64,000 nucleotides of DNA from the NCBI GenBank assembly GCA_050084985.1, contig JBITNC010000001.1:130448001-130512000 (forward strand), in the 5' to 3' direction. This DNA is from Nageia nagi (taxonomy: Eukaryota; Plantae; Pinophyta). The notes below the pieces were generated by a model. It had not been told where the DNA came from and did no database searches. It was given only the letters and a program-made list of their open reading frames with translations. Position 1 is the first letter of the stretch; each line of letters opens with the position of its first letter. This document shows positions 26,700 to 40,200 of the stretch, piece after piece. The position numbers were made by a program, and so were the translations under genes.

Positions 26700-29600
26700 T
26701 GTTTTTCAGAATAGATAAAATAGTTACCATACTATTAGATATCATGTAAGTATTATTGGATACCTCTTTGAAGATCTTCTAAGGTCCAAGCCAAAGAGTA
26801 TTTAACTTTTGATATTTTCCCTTGTCTTAATGCCTTTATCCCATAACCATACTTTTTCTCCAACTTCAAAATATCTATTGTGAGCATATTGGTCAAAGTA
26901 TTTTTTTATTTTTCTCTTAATTTTTTATCTCATTATTCAAAGCAATCTCCTTATTATCTTATAATTCTAAAAGTTTAAAATGATAGTTAATTAGTATCTC
27001 CTCTTGTTCTATTTTTTCTAGCAATTTCAAACAAGAAACCTTCAGTTGGAAAAGAACTACTGCTTGATTATACACCAAATACAAGGGCACATACTTCATG
27101 GATTATTTTAGGATTATCCTATCTACCCATAGTGTGAAGTTCAACTGATTATGTTAATTCTTTTTATTTAAGTGAATAATCCTTGTAACAATTATCCTAG
27201 TGCTCTTGTTGGAAGATTCTGCCAAACCATTACCTTAGGGATAGTAATCTAACATAAATTGAATTTCCACATTATATTCTAATGCATTATTGGTTATTTT
27301 TGTTGAATCAAAATATATATAAATATAAATAACTATGCTCATTAGAACTCCAAATCTTGAGTAGATATTTTCTCCAAACCATAAGTTATGAACCCTAAGG
27401 TTGCTCTCCAAGTAGGGATCACTTCTACCCATTTAGTGAAGTAGTCTATTATTATAAGGATGAAAATGTGTCCTTTTCTTGAATTTGTATTTATAGTTAT
27501 GATAAATTAAATACCCCATTTGGTGAAGGATGCATCAACTATTATAGTCTTTAGAACAGTTATTTTGAATTTTTCTCTTCCTAAAAATCTTTAGAATTCA
27601 AAATAAATTTACACATAAGTAATGCAATCTTGAAATAATTTTAACTAATAGTATATTTATATTATAATTTTTTAGGTGGTTGTTATTGGATTTAAGTGAC
27701 CACCACATACACCATCATGAAATTCCTTGAGCATTATTCAATGTTGTTAGTGTCAATACACCTAAGAAGAAAACTAGAAAGAATATTTGCTTGTAAGAAA
27801 TACTTTCTTGATTTTATTTGTAATGCACTTTTTATGTTTGATGATATGTTAATTGTATTTTATTTTATCTTTAAGTTTTCTATAATATCATCAAACTAAT
27901 TTATATATGAAGTTATCATTAGCACTTTTAGGAATCATTCATCTATCATTTTGTCTCCATCTTTTGATTTTTCTTGAAATTATGAATAATCTTCAATGGG
28001 GGATATATTATCTATCAATTAAAATAGAATATTTCCTATAATATGGTTTAATAGCTTGAAAATCAAATCATATATTTGTACTTTCACCATCCATGATCTT
28101 CATATTACACAAATCTCTTGATTACTCAACATAGTTTTGACTACTAGGTATAACATAAATAACTTTTCTAATTCCTTATGATATAGACTTTGAAATTTTT
28201 ACTACTTTAATCATAGTAAATGCTTTCTTTTCCAAAAATGAATACTTATCTTCTATTTATTTAATGTATGACTCATGAATGCAATAATATTCTCTTATCC
28301 TACATCATTTATCTAAGTATTGCATTGACCATATACTTTAACACATAAGTGTAAATTTGAAAAGGTTTTTTGAAATTTGGTTGTACAATGATTGGAGCAC
28401 TAAGCATATCTTATTTGATGTTTTTGAATGCAATTTTTTCTTCATGATTACACTTTAATTTGTTGTTATGTTTCATCATTTTACTCATAGGAAAAACTAT
28501 TTCTACAAAATTAGGCACAAATCTCTTTAAAAAGTTTATCTTAATAAAAAAATATTATAAGGATTTATTACTTGTGGGGAGTGGTATATTTATAATGAAA
28601 TATATTCTCTATAGATCAATCTTAGTGCCTTCGTTAGATATGATATGCCTAAATAGTTTTCCTTCCATTACTTCAAATATTAACTTTTTAGGATGAAGAT
28701 ATATGTTGAATTATCTATACTTGTTTATAACTCCTACATGATTGAGGTGATCTTCTCTTTTCTTAGAAAACATTAGCATGTCATCAAGATAAACCATGAT
28801 TATGTTTTTTATAAGATATAAAATCATTATTTATGGCTCTTTGAAAGTTTACTTCAACATTGCTTAATGTAAAAGGCATTTTTTTGTAAGCGAATATACC
28901 CCATGGGTAGTAAATGTTATCTTGAATTGGTCTTCATACATCCAAATTTGATTGTTTCCTAAAAATTCATCCAATAGTTGTAATAGATGATCCATCATAG
29001 GCAATTGGTAGTTATCTTTAATCAAAGGAATTTTCAAATTGTTGAAGTCTATACAAATCCTTATCTTGCCATTTTTTCTTTCTTAATGGTGCTATATAAG
29101 TGACCTAGGATGAATGTCTTATATGATAGATAATGTTTTATTGCACCATTTTTTTGAATTCTTTTTTAATCATAGCTTTGATATGGGTGTTAGACCTTTT
29201 GGGATTTTGCTAAAAGGATTTAAAATTATCTTTCAAAGGATAATGTGCTGAAAAAATATATTTTTTGAATGATAGTCTAATCAAGAAAGATCTTCCTTCC
29301 TATACTAGAATTGAACTTCCTTCCATGTAAAATCTCCACTATCAAAAATGACATAAGGATCTTCTTTGTTGGGAAGGAAACCAATAACATATTCATATCT
29401 TTGATTTTTTCAACTATCCTTATGGTTGTAAAATACATCTTATAACAAGTATCATCACATTCAAAAAATTCAATTTCATCAATTAAGATACTTTTAAAGG
29501 AATGATGTTATCGTTTGCTCCTGAATCAAGAATACAATTGAAACATTTTATATTAGTGATCCATAAGTATATGTAGAAAGGAGGAATTTTGAAAATCTTT
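26700..29600 (-). pseudogene. pol of element H: protease ~29590-29490, truncated aRH ~29345-29290, RT ~29250-28550, RNase H ~28450-28000, integrase ~27800-26700
   Basis: Manual translation: PFYIYLWITNIKCFNCILDSGANDNIIP (PR), WRFYMEGSS (aRH start), IRICIDFNNL and WGIFAYKKMPF (RT), YP*GNGLAESSNK (INT). Heavily decayed. Confidence 0.8.
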
Positions 29601-30439
29601 TATTATACCATCAAGATTTGATAATATATTGATTTTGCTCTAGTTTTTGTATTTATTTAATTTTTTAAGCATTCACATGCTCAAAATGTTTCTTAATAAC
29701 CTATGGATCTATATGGAGAAATTGCATAATGGAGATGTTTACATTCTTTTTTGATAGATCATTAATGATGTTATATTTCTATGGTCTAGATTCTCTCCTT
29801 GAGGTTTTATCTTATTGTGCTTTATTTTACACTACGGACTTTCTTTTTATTTATGGTAAAACTCTTTGTTATGCTATATATTATGTTTGAGGTTGGAATT
29901 GGGATTGCATTTGAGGTTGAATCCTTCCCTATGCTCAAGTCATAGCAACTAGTCATTGAGCGAATACTTGTGATAATAGTTCACTTTCCTGATAAAACTA
30001 TGTTACTTCATTTTAATTAAGTTATTATGAATAATTAGATGTTTATTGATCACTATAATTAGTATCAGTAAACAATGTTTCATTTTACAAAAACATAGAT
30101 CATGAATTATAGCCATAACCACATAGTTATTCAAATTATGCTCAAATTTGTAGATATTAGAGTATATATTATTTGAAGAAGATTCACTTTTATCCAAGAG
30201 TATTGGTATAATTTATTTGATATCATTATTATCTCCCCTATTTTTCTCTATAAGTTTTTTGAAACCTTGATTTGGGTAAAAACCTTATCGAGGATTCTGA
30301 TTTTTCTTAATAACAAATTTTGTTATTTTCCTTAACATCTTATTTTGTATCTTTTTTATTGTTTGCATATACTTTCTATATCTTCTCACCTTTGGTTATG
30401 TTAACCAATTTTTCTTATCATAAGTGATAACTTAGTTTT

Positions 30440-30870
30440 TTTGGATGTGTAAAGACTTAAGGTTATTTTTCTTACAACCTTTCCCATACTTGAATTAAGT
30501 AGTTGCTCCACTAGCTCAAGTAAGCAATCACTTAAGGTTCATAACTTAGCTAAAGTATGCTTGCTAAAGTTATTAAAGTTATAAGTAGGGTAGTAATATA
30601 TTTTACACAAGTAACTTCACACTAATTTTATTAATTTCTTCATAACTTTTTTATCTTTTCCTGGTACGTGTAAAGACTTATATTCATTTTTTCATAACTT
30701 TCCTTGCCCTTGAGTTAAGTATTTGTTCCACTATCTCCAATCAAGTAAAAAATCACTTAATGTTTCTAACTTAGCTGAATTATTCTTTCTTAAGTTATTC
30801 AAGTTACAAGTGGTAAGTTATATGCTCTATGTAAGTGACATTACACTTAGTTCACTTAGTTCTGATCTAT
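30440..30870. repeat. Two-copy tandem duplication, ~220-bp unit
   Basis: gtaaagactta at ~30449 and ~30670 with colinear downstream sequence. Confidence 0.75.
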
Positions 30871-31499
30871 GAATAGTTAGTTCCTTTAATGAAGTCCTAT
30901 GTTGTGTAGCTTTCTTAACACCTCATACTTTCTTCACTAACTTAAATGCTACTTAATTTTTAAGTTTGCAAAAAAGATAACATAATTCAATTATAGAATA
31001 TTAATTATTGAATATATTGAAATCCATTCTCTAACTTAAACAAGTACCAAAAGAATAAGCATGCATAAGTGATATGAAAAAGAGACTTTCTTATTATTGC
31101 TTGAAATTTCAATTACAACTTTTAAAATCCAAAGAGAGTTACAAATGAGGCTTTCATGATTTTAATTAAAATCTTAATTACATCATCTCAAAATTTGGCT
31201 AAGTCTAAAATAGCCATCTTTGAAAAATAACTAAGTGTAAAACATAAATGTTGAAAAATTTTCTAACTATAGAATTTAAGGGGAGAAAAAGTTTGTAACA
31301 CCCTTAATTGCATTTACAAAAATATCCATAAGAAAATTCTCTCAATTGATTCTTAGAGGAGAAATTAAGACCATCATTTCAGCTATTTTATCATTAATAT
31401 CTCCACTTGAAAAACTACATGCTTTGTCTTGTCCTTCTAACAACCCTCTATACTGACAAATCAGTTACCCAATAGTACAATTTTTTATCCTTTAATAGA

Positions 31500-34400
31500 C
31501 CATATTTAGTTGCAAAATCCATGAAATAAAATGATCATAAGATTCTATGGTTGTATCTTCTATGTCTTTAGATTTTAATTTTTCTGCAAAAGTTCTTTTA
31601 GTTGTTGTTGAATATCATCATCATTTCTCCATGTCCCAGCTTCACCTAGAGTTGAATTATTGGTTAAATAAATGATATTAATTTTATTTATACACCATAA
31701 ATGATTTATCTTTAAAATTAGTACACTTAAGCTTTGGATTAACTAACTAATAAAAAAGGAATGAGGATTCTCTATAAAAATTGATTACCCTTTCATTGTT
31801 AATTTCTTCATATTTGATATTGGCAATATTTTCCACCTTGATTTCCTATTGATCTGCATATTTGTTGATATCACCATTAACCTCGAAAAGCTAAAAATTG
31901 ATGCCATCAAGATAAATCAGAATGTGATAGGCTTTAGGGAAGATTATGGTATCCTTTTCAATTAATATTTCAATTCTTTCTTCTAACTTGCAACCTCTTT
32001 TATACTTGAATTTTAGATCTTCCTTATTAGTACCTAAGTCCTTAAATTCTTGGAATTTCTTTTTCATACATTTCACCTCTCTCTTCAACTTGTTAACTTC
32101 TAACTCTTTCTCTTGAGCTAATGTTGTTACATTTTTAGTTCCTTAATCAATAATATATATATTTGACTCAATCCCTAGTGGCCCAATGTCATATTAAATA
32201 GTGCTAACATTAACTTGCCTCTTGTCTCTTAGCTTTCTAAAATTGGTAATAATTTTATTTACCCATAATGTCTCCTCTCTGAATTCTACTATGCTTTGCA
32301 ATTTTCTAATAATTAGTTCTACCTCTTCTATTGCTTTTGCATTTGCCTATCTCTTGTAATCATTACTAACCTCTTCAAGCCTTTTCAAATATGCATCAAT
32401 ATTTATATTCTTCAAAAACTTATCAAAGTAAAAAATTTCTTATCATGTTCATCCTTCCTCCTATTCTTCCATATCTCTTCATTTTCCTCCTTATCATCAT
32501 CACCATCACCTTTGGGTACTTTAGGTGTTTGTTTGGAGGGGGTCTTGTGAGAGCTAGAAATCTTTTATGAAGTGGATCCCTTCTTAGTTTTAGATCTTAT
32601 TGATTACCAACCCACTGTATAAGATAATCCATTTTTTTCTTATTGAAATGGGATTTCTGAGGGGTTCTCTTCTTATTGATAATATTCTAGAGTCAAAGAT
32701 GAATAACTACTATGTAATTCTAAACTAGAAGCAACAATAGGAGTGGCAACATTTTGCTTTATTTCCCCTACCTTTTTAAAGTTGACGACCTTGACAAATA
32801 CATTGATCCCTTATTCAAGAGTATCTATTTATGGTCCTACATCATGATGTTTAGTAAGGACTTCATCATCCTATTCTTCATTTTATTTTTCATCATCATC
32901 TTCTTCCTCCTTATCACTGCAACTTCTCAATCCATCATCATCATCACTACAACTCCTCGATCCATTATCATCATCACTTCCATGCCTTGACTAATCATTA
33001 TTTGAACTACTTAAACTTTTTGAAGAGCTACCAATGGACTCAAATTGAGTCTTAGCATACTCAATGAGTTATTTTTTTGGTATTCCTAGAGCTAAACTTT
33101 GGATGGGAGTAATTAAGATTTTAAATACATTTACTCCTTCCATTGAGCCAAATTGATCAAAACTAAGCTCCTTTGTAAAATCTTGATCATTTGATTGTTC
33201 ATCCTCATTTTTTTGGGGTAAACTCTCATGTATATTATCTTTAGTAGCTTTCTTCTTCTCCCTCTCCTCCTGGATAATTTGTTTGGAGATCTTTTGAATT
33301 TCCATTTTTGAACAAATATTCCAATATCTTTCAATCATTCCATGAGAATAGTGTTTATAAGAAGTATGAAATCTTTGAAAAAATTTATCAACTACTCCCA
33401 CATGGTCATAATGGGTCTTTAATGCATGATATTCAAAACCATATCCCTCTCTCTTGGATTTAATTATCTTGGCCTTCAATTAGTTATTGCAACTATAGTA
33501 ACCACAAGTTATAGGCATCTTCATAAACACTTCTTTCTTTTTGAGATAGTGAGGAATTTTAAGAGGGGCTACATTGACACAGTAGAATCTAATATATGAA
33601 TTGTCTAAGTTTTATAGATAAAAATATACATATATTTTCAAGAAATCTACAAATTCTAGCAAAATTCTAGTCACATGATTTACTCCTTTGAGTTGCTTTA
33701 TAATGGCAAACTCCCACTCATCTATTCACATCTGAATGTAACTCCATTTGGGTAAGTGCAAGAAGATGAGTCCCACTTTGGAGGAAGTCTTTAGAACTAC
33801 TAGGTTTTTTTATTTTTTAATAAATTTTTTTTTTTTAGAATTATGATAACAAAATATATATGCATAATTTGTATACAATTTTTCATAAGTTAAACATAAA
33901 AATAAATTAAAAATGATAAGTTTAGGTCAAATTATGCTTGTTAAATATGCATACTTTTTCATACGATAATCATAACCAATAAAAAATAAAATATTCATGA
34001 AAAAATAAGATAAAAATATCCTCCACAATCTTTAGTTTCTTATGTATCTTTACCTAAAAGGATTTAAAAAAAATATTTTAATTTAGGTCTAATTATGCTT
34101 ATCGGACACGACACGATGGGGTATGGTCCTAAAATTGTATTTTTTAAATAGTGGGTTTTGTATTTATTTTATAACTTTTTATATTTTTTTTATAATTGTA
34201 AAAAACATATGTGAACAATCTACATACAATTCTTCAGAATTTAAAAAATAAAACAAACTAAAAATGATAAGTTTAGGTCAAAGTATGCTTTTTGGAAATA
34301 AGCACTTTTCGAAATGATAATTAGGGCCAATAAAAAATAAAATATTCATGAAACAATTACAAAGAAATATCCTCAACAATCTTTAGTATCTTTATCCAAA

Positions 34401-35146
34401 AGAATTTTAAAAAATATTTTAATTTAGATTCAATTTTTCTTGTTGGACACAATGGGGTATGATCCTAAAACTATATTTTTTAAACAATGGCTTTTAAACA
34501 TGCCTATCAAATACTAATTTCTATCATCTAGGTATTAGAATAAATTTACATATTTGAAAAGTAAACTTTGATAACTACATTGTTACCTAGTTGGCATTTT
34601 TCAAAACTTGGCCTCTAAGTGCTTCAAATTGTGAGATCAAGTATGACCAAACTTGAAAATAAGGGAAAACACTTCTACTTTTTGGCCAATAGTGGGACTC
34701 ATCTTCTTGTACTTACCTATTCCTCTTCCTTAATTTTATTTAGGGTAAGCCATATAAATTATTACTTTCCTTTTAAAAATGACCTCTTTGATACCATGAG
34801 CTAAAGGTCAATGTTTTCCTTTCAACAACAAAAAAATAAGGTGGTAAGACATATAAAACAAGGTCTTTATTCTCTTCACTTCACTCAATTGATGGATCAT
34901 ACCATCACCAATAACTTGGGTCCATTTAATTATCTTCCCTTTATTTTATTGCATAAAAAAAATCAAATATGTATTTCTCAAAATGAATGTCTAAGGATTT
35001 TCCTATAATTTTGCATAGTAAATTAATGGTTTTATTTGTAGTATCCTAGAATAAGCATATCTATGATTTCATTACTACTTAATGAGCCAAACCATGGTGC
35101 TATGATTTTAGCTAAGATCTCATATGGTCACTTGCTCTATGCTTGG
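31500..35146 (-). pseudogene. Extra retroelement ORF, copy A (interrupted by TIR element; cut at 35146 by an LTR)
   Basis: YIRFYCVNVAPLKIPHYL, ORF 33069-33479 (KTHYDHVGVVDKF), D/E-rich tract, K/E-rich coiled-coil-like tail. Colinear with 37300-39800. Confidence 0.7.
33750..34718. mobile_element. Non-autonomous TIR DNA transposon, 969 bp, 4-bp TSD (attt/attc), Sola2-like
   Basis: Left gggtaagtgcaagaagatgagtcccact, right (rc) aggtaagtacaagaagatgagtcccact. Empty site ccATTCctcttc at 39379-39390. Internal ~350-bp direct duplication (33910 vs 34261). Confidence 0.9.
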
Positions 35147-36800
35147 TGTTGATATGTGTTTTGGTATCACCTAGGGTTTTACTCTAAATGAACTAAAAGC
35201 ATATAAACATATATTTTATGATTTACCTAAGCTAATTAACTAAAATAAATATACATGAATAAGGAAATAACAATAGTTTGGTAAGAGAATAATGAAATTA
35301 CATTGATATAAATATGTAAAATGAACTACACACACTAAAGAGAAAGGAATGTAGTGAAAGATAAATACCTATGTGTCCTTACCTATGTTGAGGTTGAGGA
35401 TATGGTGAACAAACTTGTTGAAGAGTAGTGATCTTTCTACATGAACACCAAGGTAAAATATAAAAGAAACACCAGTGTAGGAGTGGATCTCTGAGAGCTC
35501 AACATGTGTGCAAATATTATTTTGGGCATGAATATTCCTAAAGAATGAGGTTCACTAATAAGTATCAATGAAAATAGACATGACAATATGTTAAATTGAG
35601 CATATGATCATGAAAGTGGATAATAAATATTCACTCGAGTGATAACATGATTTTAGTCTCAATAGATGGTGTTTAGAAATACCCAATAGTAGGGTACTAA
35701 TTATCAAGATATAATCTTCACATCATGCTCTTCCTAGGTTAGATATATTTACATCTATATTAGGTGTGATTCACCATTTGACCCCTTGAATATTGGTTGA
35801 AGTCATCTTAGTATACTTAACATAAAACATACAAATACAACCTAAGAAATATGTGATAATAAGGTAAAATATGACTTAAATGTGATTAAATATGATTAAA
35901 TATATGTGTAAAGTTTCACCTAAGTGGGGCCATATTAAAGAGACCACTTTTAGTATCAACAAATGGCCCCCTTTACAAGTATAATGAAATTGAATCTTTA
36001 AATAACATTATGCTTGGAATGGAAGTAAAGGTAAAGAGAAGAAAAATTTGATACTTCTTTGATTTAGTTATTTGGATCATCAAGGATTTGTTGATGTATA
36101 TTTCCCCTCACTTTTCCTTAGTTGTGATATGTAATGACTTGCATGTAGTAGAATCAACCAAGAGCAAATAATGAAACCTAAAAATGAGAGGCACACACTT
36201 CTAGGTATATATATGATTGTTAACTCTTAAAATATATAACATTTAATAGTAAGAGAAAATATCATAGCATTTCATAAAATGATATATAAATTATGAAGCA
36301 AGGATGAAATTAATATAATATGCATACATCATCTTAAGAATACTAAATCTAGAAGCACTCAATGTTTCATTCTTATATGGATACATAAGATATTATGATA
36401 AAGGTGTGTCCACATCATCATCGGGTACATGCCCTATTCCTAGATGGAACATATTTAATCATAACTATATATGTTAACATTATCATGAGGTACATATGCC
36501 ATTCTTATAAGGAACACATGAATCAAGGAAAATGACATGGTGATGGTTAGTTGAGATCTAACTGAAAAAGGTAATAAATACATGGCTGGTTTAAATATTT
36601 CCTAAGCATGTTGTGTGATATATCATTCATCATCATGAGTTACATGCCCTATCATTAGATATTGATATGAGATGTATAGTCATCATCATGAGGTACGTAC
36701 CCCATTCTTAGATGTGATTTAGGAGTGATGGCTAGTTGAGACGCAACCAACAAAGGTGACTCAATGATGAAATATTTGAATATTTCCTAATGTTTCTTCT
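35147..36800 (-). mobile_element. Truncated Ogre-like element: 3' LTR 35147-35961, PPT and 3' UTR with short repeats
   Basis: tgttgata..tatcaaca termini (815 bp); aatggcccccttt PPT (rc); 3' UTR similar to 2278-2750; catcatgaggtacat repeats at 36.4-36.7 kb. No partner LTR found. Confidence 0.8.
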
Positions 36801-36899
36801 TTATATGTGAAAGTTTGTTGATCAATTTCATTCCCAATACTCTACTCTTGAATTATGCCTTAAATTCATCTAAAAAATTATCCTAACTACTAATTGATC

Positions 36900-39800
36900 C
36901 ATTCAGTAGGGAACTATACCAATGTAGTGTTGCATTAGAAAAAATTCTAACAAACATTTGTACTTCCAAAACTTAATGTTCTATCCCTAGTACTTTGCAG
37001 TAAGTGTTATAATTTTCTAAATGTTCTTTTGTTGTAGTTACCAATAGGTCTCCTAAAAAGCAAGATAAATCTCCAATTTCCTTGGGTAACTTGTATCTTT
37101 ATCCTATCAAATTTTATGACCCTAAGTTATTTTGTTGTAGGGATAATTTCTCTTTCTTAGCCATTCATCTTATTTCTGTATCTATATCTATATCAAAATC
37201 TTCAAAATTAGTTTCTTCAAAATCTTCTTCTTCCTTCTCTCTTGATTTTCCTCCTCCTCATCATCACCATCACCATACCTTAATTTCTTAATATTTAATC
37301 TTAGCAATGTTTTTCACCTCAGTATCCTATTGATTTGCATATTTTTTGATATCAATGTCAACCTTGAATAGATAAAAAATTGATGCTATCAAGACAAACA
37401 AGGTCATGGTAGGCTTTAGAGAAGATTTTGGTATCCTTTTCAATTAATTTCTTGATTCTTTATTCTAACTCACAAACTCTTTTATATTTGACTTTTACAT
37501 CTTCCTTATCAATACCTAACTCTTCAAATTATTGGAATGTCATTTTCATATGTTTCACCTGCCTCTTCAACTTGTTAACTTCTAAATCTTTATCTTGAGC
37601 TAACTTTTTCAAAACTTTAGTTTCTTGATCAATAATATATGCATTTGACTTAATCTCTATAGGCTAAATTTCACATTCTATAGTGCTAACATTAACCTAC
37701 CTCTTATCTCTTGGATTCTTGACATTGGTAGTAAGTTTATTTATTTATAATGTCTCCTCTCTGAATTCTATTATGCTTTGTAATTTTCTAGGAAATGGTT
37801 CTACCTCTTCTATGGATTTTGCATTTTCCTCTCTCTTGCTATCACTACTAACCTCTTCAAGCCTTTTCAAATACACATCAATATCTATAAACAAATTCTC
37901 ATAGCTATGCTGATCTAACTAACTTATGTCCTTGATAGTAATAATTTTCTTATCATGTTCATTTTACCTACTCTTCTTCCTTCTCTCTTCATTTTCCTCA
38001 TCATCATCATCACCACAACCATCACCTATGAGAGCTTTAGGTGCTTGTTTAGAGGGGGTATTATGAGAGATAAAAACCTTATCTAGAGTAGAATCCTTCT
38101 TAGTTTCAGATCTCATGGATAGTCGATCCACTGTATGATATGATCCATTTTTTGATTGTCAAATTAGGATTTTTTAAGGGTTATATTCTTGCTAAGAATA
38201 TTTTGGAGTCAAATATAAATAAGCAAGAAGTAAATCTAAACTATAAGCAACAATAGAAGGAGTGAAACATTCTACCTTATTTCCCCTTCCTCTTCAAATT
38301 TGATGACATTGACAAACATATCGTTCCCTTCTCCAATAATATTTATAATATGTCTTGCATCATGATATTTTCCAAAGACTTCTTCACTATATTCTTTATT
38401 TTGTTGTTCTTCATCATCTTCTTCCTCCTCATCACTATGACTTCTCGATCCATTATCATCATCGCTACAACTCCTCAATCCATTATTGTCATCACTTCCA
38501 TGCCTTGACTTATCATCATCTAAAATACTTGAACTTTCTAAAGATCTACCATTGGAAGAAGGATTTTCATTAGGAAAATTAGTGCAACCACTCTCACCAC
38601 ACTCAAATTGAGTCTTAGGATGCTTGACAGGTTATTTTTTGGGTATTCCTAGAGTTAAAATGCTTTGAATAGGATTATTAATGATTTTCAACACATCTAC
38701 TCCTTTTGTAGAGAAAAAATGATCAAAATAGGGATCCTTTGTAAAATCTTTCTTATTTGATTATTTAGCCTCATTTAACTAGGGTAAAATCTCACGAATC
38801 TTATCTTTAGCAACTTTCTTCTTCTTCTCCCTCTCCTCCTAGGTGATTGGTTTGAAGATTTTTTGAATTTCCATCTTTGAGTGAATATTCCTATATATTT
38901 CAATTATGCTAAGATAATAGTGTTTATAATAAGTATGAAATCTCTTCTAAAATTTGTCAACTACTCCCATAGGTTCATAATGGGTCTTTAATGAATGATA
39001 TCAAAAATCATATCCCTCTATCTCGAATTTAATAGTCTTGACCTCCAACTAGTTATTGTAACTATAGTAACCATAAGTTATAGGCAACTATATCGATGCT
39101 TATTTCTTTTCTTTGGAAATTTTTTCATGAAAATAATATGTGTGTCTTATGAATTCTAAGAATACCATTCTATCATTGAGATAGCAAGGAAGTTTAAGAG
39201 GGGCTACATCGACACCATAGAATCTGATATATGAATTATCAAATTCTTCTAGATAAAATTTTTTATATCTTTTCAAGAAATCTATGACTTATAGAGAAAT
39301 TATAGGTACATTATTTGCTCCATTGAGTTTATTTTTAATGGAAAAATCCCACTCATCTATTTGCATATTAATGTGACTCCATTCCTCTTCGTTATACCAT
39401 TTAGGGTAATCCATATAAATTTTTTATATCCTTTTAAAAATTATGTATTTGACAGCATAAGCTCGAGGTCAATTTTTACCATTCAATAGTAAGAAAATAA
39501 GGTAAGATATATAAAATAAGGTCTTTGTTCTCTTCACTTTTCTCAGTTGATGGATCATACCATCACTGAAAACTTGCTTCCATTGGATTATATTTCCTTT
39601 ATTTATTGCATAAAGAAAATTGAATAAGTCTTTCTCAAAATGAATGTCTAAAGATTTGCCTGTAATTTTGTATAGGAAACTAATGGATTTATTTGTAATA
39701 TCCTAGAAGAATAATATATGTACATTCATTACTACTTGATGATCCAAACCATGATGCTATGGTTTTAACCAAGATCACACAAGGTCACTTGCTTTATGCT

Positions 39801-40200
39801 TAGTACTATATTTTTCTAAGTCTTTATCTATGTCTTCCTGGGTAAAGATTATATCCCTATTTGACCATCCCATTATCTTTTCAATTCCATATTTTGTTAA
39901 ATTAGCAAGAATATTTCTTTTCGCATCCTTTACTACTCTTTGTATAAATTTTATATGTGTAGCAACCTCTAAAACTAGTTCATGAAAAATGATAATGAAT
40001 GGAATAATTGTAGCCTTGAAATATCCTGAAGAATGGAGGGTATCTATTTCTTTGACCTCCTTAGGAAGTTATTCTACCTCTCTCATCATAATTATAGGAT
40101 TGGTGTGATTCCATTTGGGATATCAAGTATCCTCCATCTTATCAAAATAAAGGGCTCTTTGTTTGAATTTTCCATCTTTCTTCAACTCCATGAAACTAGT
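36900..40200 (-). pseudogene. Extra retroelement ORF, copy B
   Basis: LHSSGYFKATIIP..FHELVLEV..WKQVFSDGMIHQL..FYISYL..YIRFYGVDVAPLKLPCYL..KTHYEPMGVVDKF; acidic tract ORF 38272-38478. Confidence 0.72.

Larger units (their letters stand above)
1..30000 (-). mobile_element. Old Ty3/Gypsy Tat-clade host element H (PR-aRH-RT-RH-INT, spacer, extra 3' ORF), fragmented by nested insertions; ends not resolved
   Basis: Pol remnants at 26.7-29.6 kb. The spacer motif array continues on both sides of the 12838-25188 insertion. The extra-ORF reading (..NRNINYYRG|KVII..SIEEAFDWSNRG) joins across the 1463-11149 insertion. Confidence 0.6.

Noticed and set aside
29971-30240. Short LTR plus PPT (tctcccct) closing copy A
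   Set aside because: Termini ambiguous, with no partner or TSD.
38272-38573. His-rich and acidic short ORFs as stand-alone genes
   Set aside because: Low-complexity (cat/tct)n tract of the decayed accessory ORF read in different frames.
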